Assembly (NCBI GenBank): GCA_045539135.1
Contig: JAZQET010000012.1
Location: 2,275-66,274, forward strand
From: Eubacteriales bacterium
GTDB lineage: Bacteria > Bacillota > Clostridia > Oscillospirales > QAKW01
DNA length: 64,000 nt
Direction: 5' to 3'
In this document: in pieces, positions 18,127 to 27,763 of the stretch
How positions within the stretch are numbered: the stretch's first letter is position 1
How the letters are laid out: each line of letters starts with the position of its first letter
Made by a program: the position numbers and the translations under genes
Notes under the pieces: generated by a model
Seen by the model: only the letters and a program-made list of their open reading frames with translations
Database searches by the model: none
What the model was told of the DNA's origin: nothing

Positions 18127-19206
18127 ATGAGAGTTTACAATTTTTCCGCAGGTCCCTCCATGCTTCCTCTCGAAGTGTTGGAAAAAGCCGCCAGTGAGAT
18201 GACCGAATATGGCACCTCCGGTCAATCCGTTATGGAGATGAGTCATCGTTCCAAGGAGTATGGTGCTATTATCGAGTCAGCGGAAAGTTTGCTCCGCAAA
18301 GTCCTTTCGATTCCCGAAAACTATAAAGTTTTGTTTTTGCAAGGCGGCGCTTCCAGCCAATTTGCCATGATTCCTTTGAACCTGATGACCAAAAACGGCA
18401 AAGCCGACTATGTGATCACCGGTCAGTGGGCAAAGAAATCTTATAAAGAAGGCTGCCGCTACGGTAATTGCCGTGCTGTTGCCTCCAGCGAAGATAAAAC
18501 TTTCTCTTACATTCCCGAATTGAACAGTGCGGATTTTGACCCCGAAGCAGACTATTTCCACATCTGTTACAACAATACCATCTACGGCACTAAGTTCTAT
18601 AAGCTGCCCGAAACCGGCAATGTGCCTTTGGTGGCCGATATGTCTTCCTCCATTTTGAGCGAAGAGATCGATGTTTCCAAGTTCGGCATGATCTATGCAG
18701 GTGCTCAAAAGAATATGGGCCCCGCAGGTTTGACTGTGGTAATTATCCGCGAAGATTTGATCGGCGAGCCTCAGGAATGTACCCCCACCATGTTTACTTA
18801 CAAGACTCATTCCGAAAACGGTTCTATGTTCAACACTCCCCCCACCTATGCCATCTACATCCTGAAGTTGGTTTTGGAGTGGATCGAGAATATGGGCGGC
18901 ATTAAAGTTTTGGAAGAGCAAAACAAGAAAAAAGCAAAACTGCTCTATGATTTCTTGGATCAATCCGAAATGTTCCATCCCACCGTTATGGGCGAATCTC
19001 GTTCTTTGATGAACGTCCCCTTTGTGACCGGCAATGATGAGTTGGACAAAAAGTTCATCGCAGGTTGCACCGCAAACGGTTTTGTGAACATTAAAGGTCA
19101 CCGCTCTGTGGGCGGTATGCGCGCCAGCATTTATAACGCAATGCCCTATGAAGGTGTTGAAGCGCTGGTCAACTATATGAAAAAGTTTGAAGAAGAAAAC
19201 AAATAA
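18127..19206 (+). CDS. serC: Phosphoserine aminotransferase
   Basis: YNFSAGP, EMSHRS, LQGGA, AGAQKN (PLP Lys), NTPP, GHRSVGGMRASIYNA. Confidence 0.97.
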   Translation: MRVYNFSAGPSMLPLEVLEKAASEMTEYGTSGQSVMEMSHRSKEYGAIIESAESLLRKVLSIPENYKVLFLQGGASSQFAMIPLNLMTKNGKADYVITGQWAKKSYKEGCRYGNCRAVASSEDKTFSYIPELNSADFDPEADYFHICYNNTIYGTKFYKLPETGNVPLVADMSSSILSEEIDVSKFGMIYAGAQKNMGPAGLTVVIIREDLIGEPQECTPTMFTYKTHSENGSMFNTPPTYAIYILKLVLEWIENMGGIKVLEEQNKKKAKLLYDFLDQSEMFHPTVMGESRSLMNVPFVTGNDELDKKFIAGCTANGFVNIKGHRSVGGMRASIYNAMPYEGVEALVNYMKKFEEENK

Positions 19207-19217
19207 AGGTGAATTTT

Positions 19218-20372
19218 ATGAAAATCCAAACTCTGAATAAAATTGCAAAAATCGGTCTTGACGGTTTTGACGGAAAATATGAGATCTGCGACACCTGCGA
19301 TACCCCTGACGGTATTTTGGTGCGCAGTGCCTCCTTGCATGATATGGAACTGCCTGCTTCCCTTTTGGCCGTTGCTCGTGCAGGCGCCGGTGTGAACAAC
19401 ATTCCCTTGGATGTTTGCGCTGAAAAAGGCGTTGTGGTGTTCAACACCCCCGGTGCAAATGCCAACGCTGTTAAGGAGCTGGCTATTGCCGCTCTGTTCC
19501 TTGCTTCCCGTGATATCGTCGGCGGCATTGAATGGGCAAAAAACCTGACCGGTGATGATGTTGCAAAGCAAGTTGAAAAAGGCAAGTCTCAGTTTGTCGG
19601 CCCTGAAATCTTAGGCAAGAAATTGGGTATCATCGGCTTGGGCGCCATTGGCGTTCAGGTTGCAAACGCTGCTCAGCATTTGGGTATGACTGTTTACGGC
19701 TATGATCCCTACATCTCCTTGCAATCCGCTTGGAACCTCAACCACCACGTTATCAAAGCGGCAGATGTGAATGACATTTATGCTCAATGCGATTATATTT
19801 GCCTCCACGCTCCTCTGACTGCCGAAACCAAGCACAGCATCAATAAAGACACCATTGCCACTATGAAAGACGGTGTGCGGATCCTGAACCTGTCCCGCGC
19901 CGATCTTGTGAACGATGAGGATATGACCGCCGCTTTGGAAAGTGGCAAGGTTGCAAAGTATGTGACCGACTTCCCCAATGCCAACACCCTGAAAATGAAA
20001 AATGCAGTTCCCATCCCCCACTTGGGCGCTTCCACCCCCGAGAGCGAAGACAACTGTGCTGTGATGGCTGTTAAAGAACTGCGCGAATATTTGGAATTCG
20101 GTAACATTACCAACTCTGTAAACTATCCCGCAGTTTCCGCACCCTTTGCTTCGGCTTTGCGTATTTGTATTTGCCATCGCAACATTCCCAATATGCTGGC
20201 TTCTCTTTCTGCTATTGTATCTGCAGAGGGTGTCAACATTGATAACCTGATCAATAAATCCAAGGGCGAATATGCATACACCATCATCGATTGTAACTCC
20301 GATGTTGCCGATGCTGTTATCGAAAAACTGAACGCTGTAGACGGTGTTCTTCGCATTCGTTGTATTCGCTAA
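19218..20372 (+). CDS. serA: D-3-phosphoglycerate dehydrogenase with a C-terminal ACT domain
   Basis: RAGAGVNNI, NTPGANANAV, GLGAIG, PHLGASTPES. ATG at 19218 follows the AAGGTG RBS. Confidence 0.93.
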   Translation: MKIQTLNKIAKIGLDGFDGKYEICDTCDTPDGILVRSASLHDMELPASLLAVARAGAGVNNIPLDVCAEKGVVVFNTPGANANAVKELAIAALFLASRDIVGGIEWAKNLTGDDVAKQVEKGKSQFVGPEILGKKLGIIGLGAIGVQVANAAQHLGMTVYGYDPYISLQSAWNLNHHVIKAADVNDIYAQCDYICLHAPLTAETKHSINKDTIATMKDGVRILNLSRADLVNDEDMTAALESGKVAKYVTDFPNANTLKMKNAVPIPHLGASTPESEDNCAVMAVKELREYLEFGNITNSVNYPAVSAPFASALRICICHRNIPNMLASLSAIVSAEGVNIDNLINKSKGEYAYTIIDCNSDVADAVIEKLNAVDGVLRIRCIR

Positions 20373-20385
20373 TAAGAATCAAAAC

Positions 20386-20416
20386 AAAAAGGTGCTTCTT
20401 ATGAAGCACCTTTTTT
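20386..20416. terminator. Bidirectional terminator overlapping the MATE stop codon
   Basis: AAAAAGGTGCTTC-TTAT-GAAGCACCTTTTT. Confidence 0.8.
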
Positions 20417-21754
20417 ATTGCGGTTAAAACAAATAATAAAATAGATTGATATTTGAACAAGAAATGTGATCGTCCAGGATATGGGATAGGATACAAACAA
20501 AGTTTCCAATGTATGATGTTGATGAAAAACCGTATAGATCCAAAGAACACGAAAGCCACAAACACCAAGGACTGTAACCAACATCGTAACCAACGAATGT
20601 CCCATCCCCCGAATCACACCTGTAGTTACCTCCATCATACCGCCAATGAAATAGAACAATCCAATGTATGTTATTTTAATAAAGCCATATCGAATAGCTT
20701 CCGCCGAGTCGGTGACATAGATCGAGAGTAATGGCTCTGCAAAAATATAACACAATGAACCGGCAATTATACCGGCCGCCAAAACCGTAATCAGGCAATA
20801 TCCAAGAACCTTATGTATACGCTTAAACTGCCCTGCGCCGTAGTTTTGACCGGTGAAATTCAAAGCTGTTTGCCCGAAGGCACTGATAATAACCCCCACA
20901 AAGCCTTCCACGCTGGAGGCCGCCGCACAACCAGATACCGCAATATTTCCGAAAGAATTTACGGAAGACTGGATCAACACATTTGAGATAGAAAACAAAG
21001 AACTCTGGAATCCGGCCGGCAGCCCGATGGCAAGAATACGCCCCAATGCAATTTTATCAAAGCGCATTTTGGAAAGGCTCAACTTACAAGCATCTGTTCT
21101 TTGTCTTAAAGCGATAATAACCAGAATGGCAGAAACGCATTGCGAAATAGTGGTTGCCAAAGCAACACCCGCCACATCTAAATGGAAGTAAATCACAAAC
21201 ACGCAGTTCAGTATAACATTTAAAATACCTGCAATGGACAAATAAATCAACGGTCGCTTTGTGTCGCCGGCGGCACGAAGGATTGCGGCACCGAAATTAT
21301 ACAGCAACATTGCAATAATTCCGAAGAAATAGATCTTCATATATAGAGCGGAAAGCGGCAATTGCTCCGCGGGAGTCCCCATCCAAATCAAGGCCTGCTC
21401 TGACAGTAAAACACCGCCGATTGTTAAGATCACACCGCTGACCAAAGCAACAGGGATCGCAGTATGCACCGCATAATGAACCTTCTTATCATCTCCTGCC
21501 CCAATTCCTTGGGCAACCGTAACACCCGCACCCACAGAAAGACCAACAAAAAAGTTCACAAACAAACTGGTCAAAGAACTGGTGGCACCCACTGCCCCAA
21601 CCGAAACGCTTCCGCAAAAACGCCCCACAACCACAAGGTCTGCCGCATTGAATAACAGCTGCAGAATACTGCTCAAAATGATGGGGATTGTAAATTTCAC
21701 GATCTTCCAAAACAAGGGACCGTGGCACATATCCATTGCTACAGCTTTTTTCAT
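20399..21754 (-). CDS. MATE-family efflux transporter
   Basis: About 12 hydrophobic segments; LQLLFNAADLVVVG, LRAAGDTKRPL, GQNYGAG. Confidence 0.93.
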   Translation of the reverse strand: MKKAVAMDMCHGPLFWKIVKFTIPIILSSILQLLFNAADLVVVGRFCGSVSVGAVGATSSLTSLFVNFFVGLSVGAGVTVAQGIGAGDDKKVHYAVHTAIPVALVSGVILTIGGVLLSEQALIWMGTPAEQLPLSALYMKIYFFGIIAMLLYNFGAAILRAAGDTKRPLIYLSIAGILNVILNCVFVIYFHLDVAGVALATTISQCVSAILVIIALRQRTDACKLSLSKMRFDKIALGRILAIGLPAGFQSSLFSISNVLIQSSVNSFGNIAVSGCAAASSVEGFVGVIISAFGQTALNFTGQNYGAGQFKRIHKVLGYCLITVLAAGIIAGSLCYIFAEPLLSIYVTDSAEAIRYGFIKITYIGLFYFIGGMMEVTTGVIRGMGHSLVTMLVTVLGVCGFRVLWIYTVFHQHHTLETLFVSYPISWTITFLVQISIYFIICFNRNKKGAS

Positions 21755-22719
21755 CTTTCTTGCTCCTCGAGAACCTTCTCAATCAGTTTTTCACAATCGC
21801 GTATACAATCCATTCTACCGGCTTCAACCTTATATGCACCGGAAGCGGGAATTCCCTTCAAATACCAAAGCATATGTTTACGAAATTCTACACATGCACG
21901 CTCTTCGCCTTTATCCTCGATAGTATACGACAACTGCCGAAGGCAAAGATCAAACCGCTCTCGAAGAGAATGATTCGTTTCAACCGCTCCCGCAAGATAC
22001 GCTTTAATCCGATCAAATACATCAGGTGCACCCAACGCACCCCGCGCTAACATAATGCCATCGGCACCGGTTTCTTTTAAGATTCTCTCCGCCGAAGGTC
22101 CATCGACCACATCACCGTTTGCGATAACGGGAACTGAAACTGCCTCCTTGATTTTGCAAATCATCTCATAATTAGCTTTTCCCGCATAAAACTGTTCCCT
22201 TGTTCGCCCGTGTACCGTAATAAAGGCCGCACCCGCCGCTTGCATTTCCTTTGCAAAATCAATCACTTTCGGATCGATCTCATCAATGCCGATCCGCATT
22301 TTAATGCTGACAGGAACTTGATCTTTACACCCTTTGCGCGCCGCTTTCACCAAAGCAGCAGAAAGAGACGGGTCGCGCAGAAGCGCGCTACCGTCTCCAT
22401 TATTGAAAATCTTGGGTGCAGGGCACCCCATATTCAAATCAATACCTGCAGGAGAAAAATGTTCCGCCACATAAGCAGAAGCATATTCCATTGCCTCTGT
22501 ATCTCTCCCAAATAATTGAATCAACATCGGCTCTTCCATAGCAGTATGCTCCGCCAAAGCAGCGGTCTTTTCCGAGCCAAAGTGAATGGCTTTAGCGCTG
22601 ATCATTTCCGAAACGGTATAATCAGCGCCGCATTCCCGACAAATTCGCCGAAAGCCACTATCACCGGGCCCCGCCATCGGCGCGAGCCCTATTTTTCCAA
22701 TGGGAGAAAACTTATTCAC
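21751..22719 (-). CDS. dusB: tRNA-dihydrouridine synthase B
   Basis: LAPMAG, SEMIS, DLNMGCP, VHGRT, ANGD, MLARGALG. Confidence 0.92.
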   Translation of the reverse strand: MNKFSPIGKIGLAPMAGPGDSGFRRICRECGADYTVSEMISAKAIHFGSEKTAALAEHTAMEEPMLIQLFGRDTEAMEYASAYVAEHFSPAGIDLNMGCPAPKIFNNGDGSALLRDPSLSAALVKAARKGCKDQVPVSIKMRIGIDEIDPKVIDFAKEMQAAGAAFITVHGRTREQFYAGKANYEMICKIKEAVSVPVIANGDVVDGPSAERILKETGADGIMLARGALGAPDVFDRIKAYLAGAVETNHSLRERFDLCLRQLSYTIEDKGEERACVEFRKHMLWYLKGIPASGAYKVEAGRMDCIRDCEKLIEKVLEEQER

Positions 22720-23993
22720 TCTACTTCTTCAACTTGAGGTTGCAAGAGTATAATCAACCGTGACACACGATTTGCTTCAACCTCTTTCACAATTACCGTT
22801 AAACGGCGGAAATGGAACGCGTCAAAAACCTCGGGCATTGAACCGATCATCTCGGCAGCCCAACCGCCAACCGTTGTTGCTTCGCTTTCAAAGTCACGGT
22901 CGTCCAGATCCAATTCATCCAGAAAATCGTTGATATTCATTTGGCCGCTGCATTCAAAACGCTCATCCGAGATCTTGGTAAAGTCGTCCACGATTTCATC
23001 CGTCTCATCCCAGATCTCACCAACCAACTGTTCCAGCACATCTTCCATGGTCAGCAAGCCCATTGTGCCGCCGTACTCATCGGTCACAATGGCAAGATGG
23101 GTCTGTCTTTCCCGAAGTTCTGCCAGAATTGCGGGCAGTTTGATGGTTTGAGGAATGTATACAACCTCCATCAGTAAATCGCGAATGGATACATCGGGAT
23201 GATCTACTAATTCCTTATAGAGAGTATTTACATGGAGAATACCGATCACATGGTCGATGGTCTCTTCATAAACCGGAATTCGGGAAAACTGATTCTCAGC
23301 AATGATCTTCAGCACTTCATCCAAGGGCTTTGATACATCTACAGCAACCATATCAATACGCGGAGTTAAGATATCCTCAGCATTCAGATCCGGGAATTCC
23401 AAGGCAGATTGCAATAGTTCTGTTTGATCCTCATCCAGAACGCCTTCATCTTCTACAGTTTCCAAAATGGTTGCAAATTCTTCCTCGGTGATAGTCACAT
23501 CCTCTTCCTCACCGGGGTGACGCCATATGAAAGAAAGAGCTTTTGTAATACCGGTGGAAATAAAGACCAACGGATAAAAAACGACCATCAAAACCAATAA
23601 AGGATATGCCGCAAATTTAGAAATCGCTTCATTCTTTCGTACACTGATTACTTTGGGTGAGACTTCACCGAAAATCAAAATTAAGATGGTCATCACCAAG
23701 GTAACAATGGTGGCGGCTGTGCTTTCTTCAATTCCAAATTGCCGCGCCACCTGCAAGGCGATCACCGCCGCAATGGATGTTGCGGCAATATTCACTAAGT
23801 TATTCCCGATTAAAATGGTGGAAAGAATATTTTGATAATGATCGCAAATATAAACCACCAATTTTGCGGTACGACTCCCCTGCTCCGCTTGTTTTTTGAT
23901 ACGGAGTTTATTCAAAGAAGTATAGGCCACTTCGGAACCGGAGAAAAATGCAGAAAAACAAATCAAAATAACAATCAAAACATACATCAGCAT
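22716..23993 (-). CDS. CNNM/hemolysin-family transporter (DUF21 + CBS pair + CorC_HlyC)
   Basis: SAFFSGSEVA, ILIGNNLVNI, FGEVSPK, FSRIPVY, DEYGG, EDVLEQLVGEI, C-terminal TVGGW. Confidence 0.92.
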   Translation of the reverse strand: MLMYVLIVILICFSAFFSGSEVAYTSLNKLRIKKQAEQGSRTAKLVVYICDHYQNILSTILIGNNLVNIAATSIAAVIALQVARQFGIEESTAATIVTLVMTILILIFGEVSPKVISVRKNEAISKFAAYPLLVLMVVFYPLVFISTGITKALSFIWRHPGEEEDVTITEEEFATILETVEDEGVLDEDQTELLQSALEFPDLNAEDILTPRIDMVAVDVSKPLDEVLKIIAENQFSRIPVYEETIDHVIGILHVNTLYKELVDHPDVSIRDLLMEVVYIPQTIKLPAILAELRERQTHLAIVTDEYGGTMGLLTMEDVLEQLVGEIWDETDEIVDDFTKISDERFECSGQMNINDFLDELDLDDRDFESEATTVGGWAAEMIGSMPEVFDAFHFRRLTVIVKEVEANRVSRLIILLQPQVEEVE

Positions 23994-24008
23994 ATTTTCT
24001 GCACCCCC

Positions 24009-25034
24009 TTACGCCAATTCCAGACCTTCGCCAAGGTCTGTTTCGTCCTGAATTTCGCCAACAAGCTCTTCCAGAATGTCCTCGAGGGTCACCATACCCA
24101 CTTTATTTCTTTTTTCGTCGCGCAAGAAAACCATATGTAATTTATTCAAACGCATTTTACTCAAAAGATCGGAGATCTCGGTGCTTGCGTCAAACACATA
24201 GGTCTTTAAAAGTATTTTTTTCAATTCAATATTTTGCTTGGTTACATACTTACTCAAAAAAGAGTTCACCTGCAAAACACCGATAATGTTTTGCATATTA
24301 TTTTCATAAACGGGAATGCGGGAATAATGATGATCTTTCACAAACTGTGCAATTTCATCAATTGATGTACGGGCATCCAACATTACAACCTTCTCCAAGG
24401 GAACCATAATGTCGGCCGCCACTTTATTACTGAATTCCACCGCAGAATGAACCAACGCTTGGGTTTCAGGCTCCAAAACACCTTCGTCTTCAATGGTTTC
24501 AATAATATTCATTAAATCCTCTTCGGTCACCGTCTTATCCTGCTTTTCAGCGCCAAACAGCTTTGAAATACCGTTTGAAAGCACTGTAAACAAAAAAGAA
24601 ACCGGGGTCAATATCTTTACCAAGAAGAAAAGGCTTCCGCTAAAACTCAAAGCACAACTTTCGCTCCGTGCTTTACCAAAGCTTTTCGGAATCATTTCAC
24701 CCAGTAAATATATGATCACGGTGGTTACCAAGGTACCGACCCAAACATATCCTGCGCCAAAGCTTCCTTCCACAAATAAAGTGGTAAGGGTAGCACAGGA
24801 TGCATGCAAAACATTGGTTCCGATCAACATCGTTGCCAACGATTTCTCATAACGGTCAGTAATCCAAAGTGCCCGTTTTGCCTTTCGATTCCCCTCCTCC
24901 GCCAAAGAACGAACACGCACCTTGTTCATTGCAGTATAAGCGGTTTCTGCTGCGGCAAAATAGACACACAATATTAAACACAATACATAAAGCAATATAA
25001 TAGGCCAACTGTCCGCGTCCATGAAAAATATCAT
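24009..25034 (-). CDS. CNNM/hemolysin-family protein (DUF21 + CBS pair, no C-terminal CorC domain)
   Basis: YFAAAETA, LIGTN, GEMIPK, YSRIPVY, EDILEELVGEIQDE; the stop follows shortly after. Confidence 0.9.
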   Translation of the reverse strand: MIFFMDADSWPIILLYVLCLILCVYFAAAETAYTAMNKVRVRSLAEEGNRKAKRALWITDRYEKSLATMLIGTNVLHASCATLTTLFVEGSFGAGYVWVGTLVTTVIIYLLGEMIPKSFGKARSESCALSFSGSLFFLVKILTPVSFLFTVLSNGISKLFGAEKQDKTVTEEDLMNIIETIEDEGVLEPETQALVHSAVEFSNKVAADIMVPLEKVVMLDARTSIDEIAQFVKDHHYSRIPVYENNMQNIIGVLQVNSFLSKYVTKQNIELKKILLKTYVFDASTEISDLLSKMRLNKLHMVFLRDEKRNKVGMVTLEDILEELVGEIQDETDLGEGLELA

Positions 25035-25158
25035 CTCCTCAATAATTTTATTTTATAATATTCTATATTAAATATTGAATTTTGTCAATAGTAAACAAAT
25101 GAAAACCACCCATTTCGGCTTCGTCTTGAATAATTTCACCGAAATGAGTGGTACATTA

Positions 25159-26199
25159 TTACAGTTTCAAATCATTTTCTTTAATCCAGCCGATCTTACG
25201 CAAAAGAAGACCGCCGACCCAAGATAAAATTGCAGGGAGCACAAAGCAGATCAACACTAAACCGATCCAATCCATAGCCACAATGTTTTTGCCGCTCTCT
25301 ACCCATCCGGTGTAAACCCCGATCTGACCAACCAATCCACAGGTCCCCATACCGCTTGCCACAGCAGGTCCGTTCATTTCCAATTTAAACAAGCAGGTTG
25401 CCAATGGTCCGGTAATTGCTGAAGCCACGATAGGTGGAATCCAGATGCGGGGATTACGCACAATGTTTCCCATTTGGAGCATAGAGGTACCAATGCCTTG
25501 AGAAACCAGGCCGCCCCAACGATTTTCTTTGAAGCTCATAACCGCAAAGCCAACCATTTGGGCACAGCAGCCTGCAACCGCAGCGCCTCCCGCAAGACCG
25601 GTGAGCGATAATGCAGCGCAAATTGCCGCACTGGAGATGGGCAAAGTTAAAAAGATGCCCACCAAAACCGAAACAAGGATACCCATCAAGAAAGGTTGCA
25701 ACTCTGTGGCCCACATAATGAGCTGACCCAACGCACTGGCGCCCTTTCCGATCCAAGGTGCAATAAGTGCGGAAAGCGCAACGCCGACCGTCACAGTAAC
25801 AAAGGGGGTTACCAGAATATCCACCTTGGTTTCCTTGGAAACCATCTTACCGCATTCCGCAGCAATAATGGCAATGATCAAAACAGCAAGAGGACCGCCT
25901 GCACCGCCAAGGCCGTTGGCAGCAGAACCGACAGAAACCAAAGAGAACAGCACCAGATTAGGGGCCTTCAATGCATAACCGATCGCCACAGCCATGGCAG
26001 GGCCGGACATTTTGGAGGCATAGGAGCCCACTTCAACTAAAAACGAAGAACTTGTCAGATCGCCAATGGTATCAATAATGGTACCGATCAGCAAAGAACA
26101 AAATAAGCCTTGCGCCATTGCGCCCAACGCATCAATAAAATAACGTTTCCAGGAAAATTCAATATCCTTTTTCTTCAAAAAGGCTTTGATTTTTTCCAT
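25159..26199 (-). CDS. PTS EIIC-like membrane protein (PTS_EIIC_2/PfoR-like), stand-alone
   Basis: AMAQGLFCSLLIGTI, TLPISSAAI, GAAVAGCCAQMVGFA, GIGTSMLQ, SGMGTCGLVG. Confidence 0.8.
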   Translation of the reverse strand: MEKIKAFLKKKDIEFSWKRYFIDALGAMAQGLFCSLLIGTIIDTIGDLTSSSFLVEVGSYASKMSGPAMAVAIGYALKAPNLVLFSLVSVGSAANGLGGAGGPLAVLIIAIIAAECGKMVSKETKVDILVTPFVTVTVGVALSALIAPWIGKGASALGQLIMWATELQPFLMGILVSVLVGIFLTLPISSAAICAALSLTGLAGGAAVAGCCAQMVGFAVMSFKENRWGGLVSQGIGTSMLQMGNIVRNPRIWIPPIVASAITGPLATCLFKLEMNGPAVASGMGTCGLVGQIGVYTGWVESGKNIVAMDWIGLVLICFVLPAILSWVGGLLLRKIGWIKENDLKL

Positions 26200-26306
26200 C
26201 GTTTTTCACCTCTTTTAAGATTTTTCAATATTTTAACACACTAAAATGGCGAACACAAGAGCAAAACTTTACAAATCGTCTTAATAACAACTTTTAGTTT
26301 TTGTAA

Positions 26307-26340
26307 AAAAAGGCGGAAAACAATCGTTTTCCGCCTTTTA
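26307..26340 (-). terminator. Terminator after htrA
   Basis: AAAAGGCGGAAAAC...GTTTTCCGCCTTTT inverted repeat. Confidence 0.8.
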
Positions 26341-26342
26341 AC

Positions 26343-27752
26343 TCACTTTGAAGCTTCTCCCAAAACAATATCCAGATCAAAGGTTTCACCATTCCGCCAA
26401 ACCTTAATCGACACCTGATCATTGGGATGGAAACTATCCTTCAAAGCATTCAATTCCGCCATAGATTTAACCTCTTTGCCGTTGAACCCAACCACAATAT
26501 CCTTTTCCTGCAAACCCTTCTTTGCCGCATCACTATCGGGATTCACATACACCACATAAACCCCTTGAGGATAATTATAATATTTGGCATAATCCGAAGT
26601 CAGATCTTGCCCTGAAAATCCGATATACGCGCGGCTTTTCACATAGCCGTAGTTAATCAACTCTTCCGATAAGTGAATGGCGTCGTTAATGGGAATGGCA
26701 AAGCCGATCCCTTCATAGCCGGTTGCAACCAATTTGGATGAAGTAATCCCTACCACTTGACCATATGCGTTAATCAAAGGACCGCCGCTGTTACCGGGGT
26801 TGATATCCGCGTTGGTTTGAATGAGCGTCATATATCCGCCGTTCATCTCGATCTTACGGTTCAAGGCAGAAACAATCCCGTTAGTAATACTTCCGGACAG
26901 TTCCATTCCGTAGGGATTTCCGATACAAACAACCTCTTCCCCTTCTTCAAGATCATCGCTATCGCCCAATTCCACAGGGGAAAGACCGGTAGCCTCCACC
27001 TTGAGAATTGCAATATCCGACCGCTCATCCTGTCCAACAATGGTAGCATTAAAGCTGGTGATGCCATCAATCAAAACCACCTCTACCACTGCGGCGTTCT
27101 CAACCACATGGGCATTGGTGATGATATACCCATCTTGACTAATGATAAATCCCGAACCGGAGAAGACAGTTTCCTCCCCGCTTTTCTCAGCAATCAAAAC
27201 AGCCACAACGCTACTCTTGACCTTTTTATTGATCTCAACAATGGAAAGAGTGTTTTCGGCTTTCTCCCCCTTGGAGATTTCAGGCATATTATAGATCGCT
27301 TCTTCATCGCGCTGTGCACTTTGCGTTTGATTGTTCGTCGAATCCTCCTTGTTTTGGGAGTTTTCAGTCTTATCCTCATCCTTGGAGGGCAAATCTTTCA
27401 TGTCCGACCAATTAACCAGCTGTGCCACAACAATTGCAATGCAACAAATCAGCATAATCCCGGCCGCCGTGATCGAAGCAACAACTAAACTGAAATTGGA
27501 TTTCTTTTTAATCACGTAAGGTTCTGCATCATAGTTTTGATAAGGATTGGGATTTTCATAAGAATATCCGCCATTCCATTGAGAGGTTTGCTCTTCGGCA
27601 GCTACAGTTTCTACTGCTTCAAAAGAAACTGCATTTTCTTCTTTACCGACATTTTCCGCCTCGACAGGCGCAACAAAGCCTTCCCCTTCTGTCTCAACAG
27701 GCACGGTGTTTTCGTCGTTATTCGGTAAATTGTTGTTTAATTGCTCATCCAT
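26343..27752 (-). CDS. htrA: HtrA/DegP-family membrane-anchored serine protease with a PDZ domain
   Basis: Acidic N-terminus, one TM helix, TNAHVV, DIAIL, NPGNSGGP catalytic triad, C-terminal PDZ. Confidence 0.92.
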   Translation of the reverse strand: MDEQLNNNLPNNDENTVPVETEGEGFVAPVEAENVGKEENAVSFEAVETVAAEEQTSQWNGGYSYENPNPYQNYDAEPYVIKKKSNFSLVVASITAAGIMLICCIAIVVAQLVNWSDMKDLPSKDEDKTENSQNKEDSTNNQTQSAQRDEEAIYNMPEISKGEKAENTLSIVEINKKVKSSVVAVLIAEKSGEETVFSGSGFIISQDGYIITNAHVVENAAVVEVVLIDGITSFNATIVGQDERSDIAILKVEATGLSPVELGDSDDLEEGEEVVCIGNPYGMELSGSITNGIVSALNRKIEMNGGYMTLIQTNADINPGNSGGPLINAYGQVVGITSSKLVATGYEGIGFAIPINDAIHLSEELINYGYVKSRAYIGFSGQDLTSDYAKYYNYPQGVYVVYVNPDSDAAKKGLQEKDIVVGFNGKEVKSMAELNALKDSFHPNDQVSIKVWRNGETFDLDIVLGEASK

Positions 27753-27763
27753 ATAATAGTCTC

